Shown here: one piece after another, positions 48,582 through 58,182 of the stretch | Position numbering within the stretch: the first letter of the stretch is position 1 | How the letters are laid out: each line of letters starts with the position of its first letter | Assembly: GCA_044507065.1 (NCBI GenBank) | Contig: JBIQJY010000002.1 | Coordinates: 33,482 to 97,481 of the forward strand | Direction: 5' to 3' | Source of the DNA: Acidobacteriota bacterium | GTDB taxonomy: Bacteria > Acidobacteriota > Vicinamibacteria > Vicinamibacterales > SCN-69-37 | DNA length: 64,000 nucleotides | The notes under the pieces: generated by a model | Databases searched by the model: none | What the model saw: the letters and a program-made list of their open reading frames with translations, nothing else | Told to the model about the DNA's origin: nothing | Position numbers and translations under genes: made by a program

Positions 48582-49517
48582 GTGTTGCCCGTACTGACAA
48601 GCCCCACTCCGTCGCCCGTCGCCATCCCGCCGTCGTGCCCTCGGGCGTCCGGCCCCGGACCGCGTCGACGTCCGCTCATCGGCCTGCTGATGCTCGTGCT
48701 GGCCCTTGCCGGCGGCTGCGAGGCGTTTCGCGACCCCAGCGGCCCCACACCGCTCGATACCGTCGTCAACTACGACGCGCTGGGTGCGAGTGACGCCATC
48801 GGGTACGGCGCCAGCGACTACTGCCTCCCGCTGATTCCGTGCACGACCGGGAATGGTTATGTGCAGCAGGTCACACGGCGGCTGCAGGGCGATGGCAAGA
48901 CGGTTTCACTCGTGAATCTCGGCGTGCCGGGAGCCGTGCTGAGTCCGGCCGTGCAGTCGCTCGGGGCGTCGGTCGGCCTCGAGATCCTGCGCAACGTGCT
49001 CAACGACGAGGCGCCTTACGTTCGTCGGTCGGCGACGCTCGTAACGGTGTTCATCGGCGCGAACGACGCGAACACGGTCGGGCGGGCCATTCGCAACGGG
49101 CATGCCGGCGCCGACCCCACCGCGTTCATCCAGTCGCACATCCAGGCCTTCGGGCGCGACATGCAGACACTGGTCGCCACCGTCCGCGGCCGCGCTCCCG
49201 AAGTGCGCATCGTCGCGCTGAACCTGCCGAACATGGCGAACACGCCATACGCGGCTGGCCTGCCGATCGACGAGAAGCGCGTGCTCCAGGCCCTGACCGT
49301 GGGCTTTTCCGCGGGCATCAACACGTTGGCGCTCCAGGGCGTGGTGGTTGTCGACCTGATGTGCGACGCGAACTTCTACAATCCGGCGATCTTCTCGGCC
49401 GACGGGTTCCACCCGAACGACGCTGGCTACAACTATCTGACCGACGTCGTCTACCGCGCCGCGACGACCGGCGCCCCGGCACCATCGGCCAGCTGTTCCT
49501 TCATGTCGAAGTTCTGA
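48582..49517 (+). CDS. SGNH/GDSL-family hydrolase, probable lipoprotein
   Basis: Blocks GASDAIGYG (block I Ser), GANDA (block III) and DGFHPN (block V Asp/His). LALAGGC lipobox-like signal. GTG start is uncertain. Confidence 0.85.
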   Translation: MLPVLTSPTPSPVAIPPSCPRASGPGPRRRPLIGLLMLVLALAGGCEAFRDPSGPTPLDTVVNYDALGASDAIGYGASDYCLPLIPCTTGNGYVQQVTRRLQGDGKTVSLVNLGVPGAVLSPAVQSLGASVGLEILRNVLNDEAPYVRRSATLVTVFIGANDANTVGRAIRNGHAGADPTAFIQSHIQAFGRDMQTLVATVRGRAPEVRIVALNLPNMANTPYAAGLPIDEKRVLQALTVGFSAGINTLALQGVVVVDLMCDANFYNPAIFSADGFHPNDAGYNYLTDVVYRAATTGAPAPSASCSFMSKF

Positions 49518-49529
49518 AGCGCCACGCTG

Positions 49530-50543
49530 CTACAGCTTGCGTACGAGAAACCGCGTGAGGTGGTAGCCGTCGAGGAACTTGAACGGCGCCTTGCCGGTCG
49601 TGTAGTGGCCGCAGGGCAGCACGGCGGTGTCGTGCGCGATTGCCTGGCGCTGGAACTCGGCCAGGAACTGCCGCGAGAGGTCGACGGGGAACGTCTCGTC
49701 GTAACGCGCGTAGACCAGCAGGAGCTGCCGATCGCGCACCCGGGGGATGAACGGCCACGGACTGATGGGCATCCAGCAGTCGCGCAGGTCGTCGAGCGCC
49801 ACGTGTCCCTCGATGCCGGCGCGCACGTGCTGCGTCGACAGGCCGCGCCAGACCACGTCGGCAAAGTACGGCGACACGTGGTTGAAGGCCCCGGCCGAGA
49901 TGCGCGGCTCGTGCGCCATTGTCAGCATGGCGAGGCACGACCCGAGGCTCGTGCCCATGATGCCGATGCGCTCGAATCCCTGCCGTGCCAGCCAGTCGAC
50001 CACCCGGCGCGCATCGAGCACCGCCTGCCGGTTCGCGTGGATCGTGCGTCCGATATTCGAGCTGACGATGAACTCGGCCCGGGCGAGGTCGGCCGGCCGT
50101 CGCTGGTCGTGATAGGGCAGGCTGAGCCGCACGGCGGTCAGCCCGAATCGCGCAAACAGGCGGCACAGGCCCACGTGGCCGCCGGCATCCGCATTCCACT
50201 GGGGCAGCACCACGACGGCGCGTTTCGGCGTGCCGTCGGGCGTGCCGTCAGGCCGGAAGACGCGCGCGACGACCGTGTTGTTGACGTCCCACGGCGTGAC
50301 GAGCGCGCTTGGGAATCGCAGCGTGTCGTCGTCCAGTTCATAGTCGTCGGTCGGATCGAGCGCGTAGAAGGTGTCCGAGGCCTCGACGGCCTCGCGGGCA
50401 AACGTGCGGACGGCCTCGAGCGGATCGGCGCTGTCTGCCGGCAGGCCGAGCCAGTCGAGGCCCCAATCGAACGGACGGATGACGCGATTGGTATCGACCG
50501 ACGCGAGGCGGCGTTCCCAGGCGCTGAACAGTGGCCCGATCAT
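49530..50543 (-). CDS. alpha/beta-fold hydrolase
   Basis: Nucleophile elbow GTSLGS, and a late CGHYT region that may supply the catalytic His. Start set at MIGPLF (50543), which forms an ATGA overlap with the amidase stop. Confidence 0.8.
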   Translation of the reverse strand: MIGPLFSAWERRLASVDTNRVIRPFDWGLDWLGLPADSADPLEAVRTFAREAVEASDTFYALDPTDDYELDDDTLRFPSALVTPWDVNNTVVARVFRPDGTPDGTPKRAVVVLPQWNADAGGHVGLCRLFARFGLTAVRLSLPYHDQRRPADLARAEFIVSSNIGRTIHANRQAVLDARRVVDWLARQGFERIGIMGTSLGSCLAMLTMAHEPRISAGAFNHVSPYFADVVWRGLSTQHVRAGIEGHVALDDLRDCWMPISPWPFIPRVRDRQLLLVYARYDETFPVDLSRQFLAEFQRQAIAHDTAVLPCGHYTTGKAPFKFLDGYHLTRFLVRKL

Positions 50544-51901
50544 GCGGAAAGACGCCGGGCGTTCGTGCCGAGCACGGCCTCGCATGCGGCGGCGATCGAC
50601 AGCAGCTGCGCGGTCTGGCCGTGCCGGCCGACCAGCTGCAGGCCGATCGGCAACGAGTCGGTGGCGAGCGGCAGCGTCACGGCCGGATGGCCGGTGAGAT
50701 TGAACGGCTGTGTGTGCTTGAGCATGACACCACGCACCGCCAGTGCCTCGCCGGACGGATCCACCCGAATCTCTTCCTGGCCGAGCGCCGGCGCGACAAT
50801 CGGCAGCGTCGGCAGCACGAGGGCATCACACGTCGCCAGCAGGCGCGAGACCTCACGCGAGAGCCTCGCCGCGGCGTCGCGCGCCTCGAGGTAGGCCAGC
50901 GCGCTCACCGTGCGGCCATTGGCGATGCGCGCGCGGACGCCCGGCTGATACCGATCGGCGCGGCTGTCGAGGTACGGCGCGTGCCAGTGTGCGGCTTCTG
51001 GCAGCGCGATGTTCACGTAGGACGGCGCGATCGCGGCGGTGTCCGGCAGTTCGGCGCTGCCGTGAAGGACACCGGCTTCGGCCAGCCGTTCGAGCGCCGC
51101 CGAAAATGCGACGCGCACCTCCGGTGCGAGCGGCGCGTCGAAATAGCCCGACAGCCGCGTCAGCCGGAGGCCCTTCGGCTGGGCGCGCGAGAGTCGCGAG
51201 GTGGCGCGGGCCGCCATGACCTGCCAGAGCCATGCGGCGTCCTGCACCGTCAGCGCCAGCGGACCGGCATGATCGAGCGTCACGCTCATCGGCACGATCC
51301 CGTCGTTGGGAATGTCGCCATGCGACGGCTTGAGGCCGACAAGGCCGCAGGCCGATGCCGGGATGCGGATCGACCCACCCGTATCGGTGCCGATCGAGGC
51401 GAGTCCCATGCCGACGGCCACCGCCGCGGCCGATCCGCCGCTCGAGCCACCGGCCACGCGCGAGGGATCGAATGGATTTGGAACCGGGCCGAAGCCGGAT
51501 TCTTCGTTCGTCGTGCCGAGCGCGAACTCGTGCAGGTTGGTACGGCCGATGATCACGGCGCCCGCGCGGCGCAGGCGCGTCACCAGCGGTGCGTCGGAGG
51601 CCGGCAGCCGGTCGTCGAGCGCCAGCGATCCGGCCGTCGTGGGAATTCCGGCCTCGTCGATCAGGTCCTTCAACGAGAGCGGGATGCCGTGCAACGGTCC
51701 GCGGTCGAGACCCGCGCGCCGGTCGGCGTCGGCCGCGCGCGCTGCCGCGCGCGCCGATTCGGCATGCACGAGCGTGAAGGCATTGGTGGCGGTCCCATGG
51801 GCGGCGATCGCCGCCAGGCTGTCATCGGTGAGTTCGAGAGCGGTGATGGTGCCGGCGCGAAGGCGCGCGCCGGCCGTGGCGATCGAGATCGGGTCTGTCA
51901 T
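50540..51901 (-). CDS. amidase-signature family amidase (GatA-like)
   Basis: 453 aa with the AS signature GGSSGGSAAAVAVGMGLASIGTDTGGSIRIPASACGLVGLKPSHG. Confidence 0.92.
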   Translation of the reverse strand: MTDPISIATAGARLRAGTITALELTDDSLAAIAAHGTATNAFTLVHAESARAAARAADADRRAGLDRGPLHGIPLSLKDLIDEAGIPTTAGSLALDDRLPASDAPLVTRLRRAGAVIIGRTNLHEFALGTTNEESGFGPVPNPFDPSRVAGGSSGGSAAAVAVGMGLASIGTDTGGSIRIPASACGLVGLKPSHGDIPNDGIVPMSVTLDHAGPLALTVQDAAWLWQVMAARATSRLSRAQPKGLRLTRLSGYFDAPLAPEVRVAFSAALERLAEAGVLHGSAELPDTAAIAPSYVNIALPEAAHWHAPYLDSRADRYQPGVRARIANGRTVSALAYLEARDAAARLSREVSRLLATCDALVLPTLPIVAPALGQEEIRVDPSGEALAVRGVMLKHTQPFNLTGHPAVTLPLATDSLPIGLQLVGRHGQTAQLLSIAAACEAVLGTNARRLSA

Positions 51902-51902
51902 G

Positions 51903-52889
51903 TCAATTCATGGGGGCGGTGAGCAGGCCCCGCGCGCGCAACCAGGTTGACAGCAGCGGCGGCCAGGCGTTCAGCACGGGGTCGTTCAGGCTGAGGCCGA
52001 CGCCGTGCGGACCGGGTTCGAAGATGTGCAACTCGGCGGGAACGCCCGCCTTTCGCAGCGCCATGTAGAACAGGATGCTGTTCTCGGGCGGCACGGCCGT
52101 GTCGGCGTTGGTATGAAACAGGAACGTCGGCGGCGTGTCGGCCGTGACCTGCGTGTCGTTCGACAGGCTGTCACGCAGCGCGGCCGGGGCGTCCTCACCC
52201 AGCAGGTTGCGGAATGATCCCTGGTGCGCGTACGGGGCCGCCGAAGCAATCACGGGGTACCCGAGGATCACGAAGTCGGGTCGGCTGCTCACGCGATCGA
52301 TGGGATCGGGTGCCGTCGTCTGGCCGGCATCGAAGCGTGTGGCCGCCGTCGAGGCGAGGTGTCCGCCGGCCGAGAATCCCATGATGCCGATGCGGTCCGG
52401 CTGCAGGCCGAACTCGGCGGCGCGTGCCCGCACCAGGCGGATTGCCCGCTGCGCGTCGTTGAGCGGCACCGGGTGGCGATACCGCGGCCCCAGCCGATAC
52501 CGCAGCACGAATGTACCGATGCCCTGCGCGTTGAACCAGTTGGCCACCTGCCGCCCCTCGTGATTGAGGGCGAGATTGCCGTAGCCTCCGCCGGGTGCGA
52601 GCACCACGGCCGTGCGCGAATTGCCGCGTGGCGCGTAGTAGGTCAGCGTCGGGATGTCCGCAGGCTCGGTGCCGAGCGCATCGGGGACTGCGCCGTCCCA
52701 GAGCGGAATGGTGATCGGATCGACGGATGTCAGCGGGCCGGCGCCGCGCCCGCGGCCCGGTGTCTGTGCTCCCGCATGGGCGACAGTGATGATCACGAAC
52801 AGGCTCGCGAGTGCCGCGAGAGAGAGCCACGAGCGCGACAGTCGGGCGCCGCGATTTACCGGTTGATGGCCGCGGGAGATAGTATGCAT
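51903..52889 (-). CDS. secreted alpha/beta hydrolase (esterase/lipase-type)
   Basis: Start moved to MHTISRGHQ...SLAALASLFVIITVAHAGAQ (signal peptide). Oxyanion APGGGYG, nucleophile GFSAGGHLA, late D and H (FHTNADTAV...GPHG). Confidence 0.85.
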   Translation of the reverse strand: MHTISRGHQPVNRGARLSRSWLSLAALASLFVIITVAHAGAQTPGRGRGAGPLTSVDPITIPLWDGAVPDALGTEPADIPTLTYYAPRGNSRTAVVLAPGGGYGNLALNHEGRQVANWFNAQGIGTFVLRYRLGPRYRHPVPLNDAQRAIRLVRARAAEFGLQPDRIGIMGFSAGGHLASTAATRFDAGQTTAPDPIDRVSSRPDFVILGYPVIASAAPYAHQGSFRNLLGEDAPAALRDSLSNDTQVTADTPPTFLFHTNADTAVPPENSILFYMALRKAGVPAELHIFEPGPHGVGLSLNDPVLNAWPPLLSTWLRARGLLTAPMN

Positions 52890-52978
52890 GGAAGGGTTCC
52901 TTCTGCCGGTTCGTTCGCCGAAGTCTATCGCAGCACGGGGCCGCAGGCCGGCCGACCCCAATCCGCAGCACCCAGACC

Positions 52979-55333
52979 ATGCTTTCTCTACTCGCGTTCG
53001 TCCTGCTCCAGTTCGCCACGCCCCAGGGGGCGGCCACTGTTCCCGCTCCCATCCCCGGCACCGTTGCCGGAATCGTCGTCGACACCAGCGGTGATGGCAT
53101 CGCCGGCGCCCAGGTTGTCGTGCGTCCGTCGGGCGGCGGCGACGTCCGTGCGACGACCCGTCCCGATGGCCGCTTCACGCTGAACGTGGGCGACGCCACA
53201 TCGGGCGTGCTCATTGTCTCGGCGCCGGGACTCATGGAAGCCCGCCGCACGATCGCGCCCGGCGATGCCTGGACCGACGTGCGCGTGATGCTGGCCGCCC
53301 GCGTGTCGGAAACCGTCACCGTCACGGCGACGCGCAGCGAACGGCTCACCCGCGATGTGCCGGCAAGTATCAGCGTGATGAGGCGGGACGAGATCGCACG
53401 GACGCCGGCCGTCGTGTCCGACGACCTGCTGCGACGGATGCCGGCCTTCAGCCTGTTCCGGCGCACGAGCAGCCTCTCGTCGCATCCCACCGCGCAGGGT
53501 GTCTCGCTGCGCGGCATCGGTCCGTCGGGCGTGAGCCGCACCCTCGTGCTGCTCGACGGCGTGCCGTTCAACGACCCGTTCGGCGGCTGGGTCCACTGGA
53601 CGCGCGTGCCACTCGACAACGCCGAACGCATCGAGGTCGTCGACGGCTCGTCGTCGAGCCTCTACGGCAACTATGCGATGGGCGGCGTGATCAACATCGT
53701 GTCGCGGCCGGCGCTCCCGCGGAGCCTGGAAGTGCGCACGCAGTATGGCAACCACAACAGCCCGAAGCTCGACGTGCGTGGGTCACACGTCTGGGGGCGG
53801 TTCGGCGCAACCGCATCGGTCAGCACGTTCGACACCGACGGATTTGCCGTCGTGGCGCCCGACGAGCGGGGCCTCGTCGATACGAAGGCCGCCGTGGACT
53901 TCACCAACGCCAACCTGCGGCTCACCTACGACGCCTCCGAACGCGTCCAGGCGTTCGTCCAGGGCGGGTACTTCCGCGAGAACCGCGACAATGCCAAGGT
54001 CACGACGACCGATGGCACGCCTGAAGCCAACAGTACGCGCTGGCGCTCGTTCAGCGCGGGTGTACGCGCGCAGCTCGAGGGTGGACACAACATCGAGACG
54101 CGGCTCTTCATCGACTCCGAGCGCTTTCGCAGCAATTTCATGGCGGTTCCAGCCGCCACGCCCGCCCGCAGCATCGGCCGCATGACGCTCCTGCAGACCG
54201 TCCCGACCACGGGCGTCGGTGCCTCGGCCCAGTGGTCGCGCGCGTTCGGCGCCCGGCACGTGCTGTCGGCCGGCCTCGACTGGCGCCGCGTGACGGGCGA
54301 GAGCCAGGAGCAGTCGCTCGATGCGGTGGTCGGCGCCACGGTGACAATGGACCGCTTCTCGGGTGGGCGCCAGAACAGCACCGGCGTGTTCGTCCAGGAC
54401 ATCGTCTCGCTGACCGACGCGCTCATCGTCACCGCCAGCGCGCGTCTCGACCATTGGAACAACGCCGACGGGCACAACATCGAGACCCTGCAGCCGTCCG
54501 GCCTGCCGGCGCCTGGCCACATCGATTCGCTGCCCGATCGGTCCAGCACGGTTGGCAGCCCGCGCGTCGCTGCGATCTATCACGTCAACGATCGCGTGAG
54601 CCTGTGGGGCAGCGCCGGCGCGGGATTCCGCGCGCCGACGCTCAACGAGCTCTACCGCCAGTTCCGCGTCGGTACGACGCTGACGCTGGCCAACTATGAC
54701 CTCGGGCCCGAGCGGCTGATTGGCACCGAGGCCGGCGTGCGACTCTCGCCCGTTTCATCGGTCAACGCGCGCGTCACGTGGTTCGACAACCGCGTGAGCG
54801 ACCCGGTGTCGAACGTCACCATTGCCACGGCCGGCGCCCTCGTCACGCAGCAGCGTCAGAACCTCGGACGCACGCGCATCTATGGCCTCCAGAGCGATGT
54901 CGACTACAGCCCGTCGGCGGCGTGGCGGATTTCGGCCGGTTACCTCTACAGCCACGCGACGGTGGAGGAGTTCGCCGCCAATCCCGAAATCGAGGGCAAC
55001 TTCCTGGCGCAGGTGCCGCGTCATCGGGGTTCGATCGAGGTGGCGTATACCAACCCGCGGTGGGTCGACCTGACGCTCGACCTCCAGGCGGTCGGCAGCC
55101 AGTTCGACGACGACCTCAACTCGCGTGTCGTGCCCGGTTACAGCTCGCCGGGGCTGCCGAAGTACGCGGTGGTGTCGCTCTACGCGTCGCGTCGCGTCAG
55201 CGACACCCTCGACGTGTTCGTCGGCGCGCAGAACCTCTTCGACCAGACCTACTACGTCGGCACGCTGCCCACGACCATCGGTACGCCGCGGCTCATCAAC
55301 GCCGGGCTGCGCATCCGCGTCGGCGGAAGATGA
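52979..55333 (+). CDS. TonB-dependent receptor with N-terminal carboxypeptidase-regulatory-like domain
   Basis: 784 aa. Signal peptide, CarboxypepD_reg-like module (GIVVDTSGDGIAGAQVVVRP...DGRFTL), plug (VSLRGIGPSGVSRTLVLLDGVPFNDPFGG), then a long beta-barrel. Confidence 0.9.
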   Translation: MLSLLAFVLLQFATPQGAATVPAPIPGTVAGIVVDTSGDGIAGAQVVVRPSGGGDVRATTRPDGRFTLNVGDATSGVLIVSAPGLMEARRTIAPGDAWTDVRVMLAARVSETVTVTATRSERLTRDVPASISVMRRDEIARTPAVVSDDLLRRMPAFSLFRRTSSLSSHPTAQGVSLRGIGPSGVSRTLVLLDGVPFNDPFGGWVHWTRVPLDNAERIEVVDGSSSSLYGNYAMGGVINIVSRPALPRSLEVRTQYGNHNSPKLDVRGSHVWGRFGATASVSTFDTDGFAVVAPDERGLVDTKAAVDFTNANLRLTYDASERVQAFVQGGYFRENRDNAKVTTTDGTPEANSTRWRSFSAGVRAQLEGGHNIETRLFIDSERFRSNFMAVPAATPARSIGRMTLLQTVPTTGVGASAQWSRAFGARHVLSAGLDWRRVTGESQEQSLDAVVGATVTMDRFSGGRQNSTGVFVQDIVSLTDALIVTASARLDHWNNADGHNIETLQPSGLPAPGHIDSLPDRSSTVGSPRVAAIYHVNDRVSLWGSAGAGFRAPTLNELYRQFRVGTTLTLANYDLGPERLIGTEAGVRLSPVSSVNARVTWFDNRVSDPVSNVTIATAGALVTQQRQNLGRTRIYGLQSDVDYSPSAAWRISAGYLYSHATVEEFAANPEIEGNFLAQVPRHRGSIEVAYTNPRWVDLTLDLQAVGSQFDDDLNSRVVPGYSSPGLPKYAVVSLYASRRVSDTLDVFVGAQNLFDQTYYVGTLPTTIGTPRLINAGLRIRVGGR

Positions 55334-55345
55334 GCTGACGGGCGG

Positions 55346-56128
55346 TCAGCGGGAGGCGGCCGCCTCCGCCAGGGCCGCGTCGATGGCCTTCTCGAACTCG
55401 GAGAACGGCTGCGCGCCGCTGATCGCCTGCAGCAGCCGCACCTGTTCGGTTGCCGGATCGCGCAGGCCGACAAAAAAGGAAGGCGTCCCGTTCGCCCCGA
55501 GTCGCGAGGCCGTCTCGATCGACGCCTGTATGGCGTCGGTATGGCGTCCGCTGGCCATGCACTCGCGGAATCGCTCGATCGGAAGACCGATCGCGACCGC
55601 GTGCGCTTCGAGCTGCTCCATCGTGTGCGACCCGGCGGGGCTGAACATCCGCCCGTGCATCTCCCAGAATCGGCCGTCCTCGGCCGCGCACCGTGCGGCT
55701 TCGTGCCCGCGAATGGCATCCGGGTGCAGTTGCGCGATGGGGAAGTCCTTGAAGACGTAGCGGATGCGGCCCGGCCGGATGTACTTCTCCATGATCTCGG
55801 GCATCGTCAGCGCGAAGTGCCGGATGCAGAACGGGCACTCGTAGTCCGAGAACTCGACGAGCGTGACCACCGCGTCGGCGGGCCCCACGGCCGGCACACC
55901 GGTAACGTCGAGCGAGGAGACGCCGCGGATCGCGTCGAGAATCTCGCGCTGGTCGGCTCGCACCGCCGCCAGCTCGGTCGTCGTCTGCCACCAGAGGGCG
56001 GCAGTCGCGGCCAGAGAGAGCACGGACACCAGCGTCAGCCAGATGGCCAGGCTGGGTGTCGGTCGGTCGCGCGCGGGCACGGGGTTGCCTGGCGGCAGGG
56101 GCGACGGGGCGGGCGTGTCGTTGTCCAT
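55346..56128 (-). CDS. membrane-anchored DsbA/thioredoxin-fold thiol:disulfide oxidoreductase
   Basis: Start moved to MDNDTPAP (56128). One TM (IWLTLVSVLSLAATAALWW) and the active site FSDYECPFCIRHF. Confidence 0.85.
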   Translation of the reverse strand: MDNDTPAPSPLPPGNPVPARDRPTPSLAIWLTLVSVLSLAATAALWWQTTTELAAVRADQREILDAIRGVSSLDVTGVPAVGPADAVVTLVEFSDYECPFCIRHFALTMPEIMEKYIRPGRIRYVFKDFPIAQLHPDAIRGHEAARCAAEDGRFWEMHGRMFSPAGSHTMEQLEAHAVAIGLPIERFRECMASGRHTDAIQASIETASRLGANGTPSFFVGLRDPATEQVRLLQAISGAQPFSEFEKAIDAALAEAAASR

Positions 56129-56193
56129 GTAGCGTGACTCCGCGCCCGTCGCCGTTTGCGCGGACGCGTGGGTGATTGTACGCTCGTCCCTGC

Positions 56194-57585
56194 ATGCGCC
56201 GGACACGTATCCTCGCCACCATTGGTCCAGCGTCGAATACTCCCGCCATCATTGCTGAGCTCCTGTCGGCCGGTGTCGACGCGTTTCGACTCAACTTTGC
56301 GCACGGCACGCGTGAGGATCACGCCGAGACGTGCGCGCGGATCCGGCAGGTCGCGGCGGCAGCGGGCCGCCCGGCCACCATCGTCCAGGACCTCGGCGGC
56401 CCGAAGATCCGCACCGGGCCTCTGGCCGAGCCCGTCCGCCTCGTGCCGGGTGCGACACTCACCATCGAGCGCGGCGATTTCGTGGGCTCCGCCGTGCGCG
56501 TCTCCTGCTCCTTCGACGCATTGTTCACGTCGGTGTCCCCGGGCGAACGCCTGCTCATCGACGACGGGCGCATCGAACTGGAAGTGGAGGAGTCGTCCGA
56601 CGATCGCATCGCCACCCGGGTCGTTTCGGGCGGCATGCTGCACGCGTCGAAGGGCATCAACGTGCCGAACTCGACGCTGCGCACCTCGGCGCTGACCGAG
56701 CGCGATCGTGAGGATCTCGAGGCCGGCATTGCCATGGGCGTCGACATGGTGGCGGTGAGCTTCGTGCAGACGTCCCAGGACCTCATCGACGCGCGCGAAG
56801 CGGCGCGGCAGTTCGGGGCGCCCGACATCCCGCTGATCGCCAAGATCGAGAAGCCCCAGGCCATCGAGTGCATCGACGAGATTCTCGACGAGGCCAACGC
56901 CCTGATGGTGGCCCGCGGCGATCTCGGGGTCGAGATTCCGCTCGAGAAGGTGCCGGCGATGCAGAAACGGATCGTGACGGCGGCGCGGGCCCGCGGCGTG
57001 CCCGTGATTCTCGCCACGCAGGTGCTCGAGTCGATGCGCACCGAGCCGCGTCCGACGCGGGCGGAAGTCACCGACGCGGCGCACGCCGTTGCGGAAGGCG
57101 TCGACGCCATCATGCTTGCCGGCGAAACGGCGGCCGGGGCCTATCCGGTCCGCGCGGTGATCGTGCTCGATTCGATCATCCGCGAGGCCGAGCGGACACT
57201 CGGAGCGGCCGGCATCGTGCCCGAAGGCGAACGCTGGACGCCCCACAGCCGCGCGTTGTGTGAGGCCGCCGTCGCCCTGTCGGACAGTGCCGAGGCGACG
57301 GCCATCGTGGCGCTGACGCGCGCCGGCAAGACCGTCCTTCTACTGGCCGCGCTGCGCCCCGACGCGCGCATCCTCGCCGTTACGCCCGATCCGGCCGTGG
57401 CCGCGACGTTCGCGCTCGTCTGGGGTGTGACGCCCGTCGTGACCGATCACCGGGCGATTGGGGCCGTGCGGCGACAGCTCGTGGCGCAGAACCTGGTGAC
57501 CGGCGGCGACGTCATCGTGTTCGTGTCCGCGCACGTCTCCCTCGGACACGAAAACATCAACTTCGTCCACGTCGAGCGCGTCTGA
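56194..57585 (+). CDS. pyk: pyruvate kinase
   Basis: Start at MRRTRILATIGPAS. FRLNFAHG, AKIEKPQA, MVARGDLGVEIP and MLAGETAAGAYP motifs. Confidence 0.95.
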   Translation: MRRTRILATIGPASNTPAIIAELLSAGVDAFRLNFAHGTREDHAETCARIRQVAAAAGRPATIVQDLGGPKIRTGPLAEPVRLVPGATLTIERGDFVGSAVRVSCSFDALFTSVSPGERLLIDDGRIELEVEESSDDRIATRVVSGGMLHASKGINVPNSTLRTSALTERDREDLEAGIAMGVDMVAVSFVQTSQDLIDAREAARQFGAPDIPLIAKIEKPQAIECIDEILDEANALMVARGDLGVEIPLEKVPAMQKRIVTAARARGVPVILATQVLESMRTEPRPTRAEVTDAAHAVAEGVDAIMLAGETAAGAYPVRAVIVLDSIIREAERTLGAAGIVPEGERWTPHSRALCEAAVALSDSAEATAIVALTRAGKTVLLLAALRPDARILAVTPDPAVAATFALVWGVTPVVTDHRAIGAVRRQLVAQNLVTGGDVIVFVSAHVSLGHENINFVHVERV

Positions 57586-57645
57586 CCGGCGCGGGACGCC
57601 GGGATGCGGGCGGGTTCGTGTCGGTCCGGCCCGGCGCGCGAGCCG

Positions 57646-58152
57646 CTAGGTGCCCGCCGCCGGCTCCTGCCGGTCTTCGGCGTAGCGACGGAGTGCGATG
57701 AGTGAGACCTGCCAGCCGCGCGCGACCACGGCGTAGTAGCGCCGCCAGCGCGGCGACGCCTCATAGCCATCCTGACGGACGTGCAGCCGGCACCCGGCCG
57801 GATCGGGCCGACACGTGATCTCGAAGACCATCGGTCCGATCGGTTCGCCCTGCGGTGGCACCCAGTAGGCGTCGGCCACCAGGAACTGATGGCCCATTCG
57901 GACCTCGACCACCGTGCCGTGGAAGACACCGCCCAGGGTGCCGAGGATGTCGTCGCGAAACGGTGTCGGCGCCCATTCCACGGCGTAGACGCCGAAGGCA
58001 ACCGGCGTCGTGACCGATCGGATGACCTGCCACCAGGCGCGCAGGGCGTCGGCCTTGAAGAAGCAGTCGAACACCACGGCGGGTGGCGCGGCGATGACGA
58101 GGTTCTGCTCGAATCGCTCGTCGGGTTCAGGCGTTGTCCTGGTCTTGGCCAC
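57646..58152 (-). CDS. SRPBCC (START/Aha1-like) domain protein
   Basis: 168 aa. The pattern IAAPPAVVFDCFFKADALRAWW is typical of AHSA1/SRPBCC ligand-binding folds. Confidence 0.8.
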   Translation of the reverse strand: MAKTRTTPEPDERFEQNLVIAAPPAVVFDCFFKADALRAWWQVIRSVTTPVAFGVYAVEWAPTPFRDDILGTLGGVFHGTVVEVRMGHQFLVADAYWVPPQGEPIGPMVFEITCRPDPAGCRLHVRQDGYEASPRWRRYYAVVARGWQVSLIALRRYAEDRQEPAAGT

Positions 58153-58182
58153 GTCTCCGGGATATCGGCTCGTGCGCGCCGA

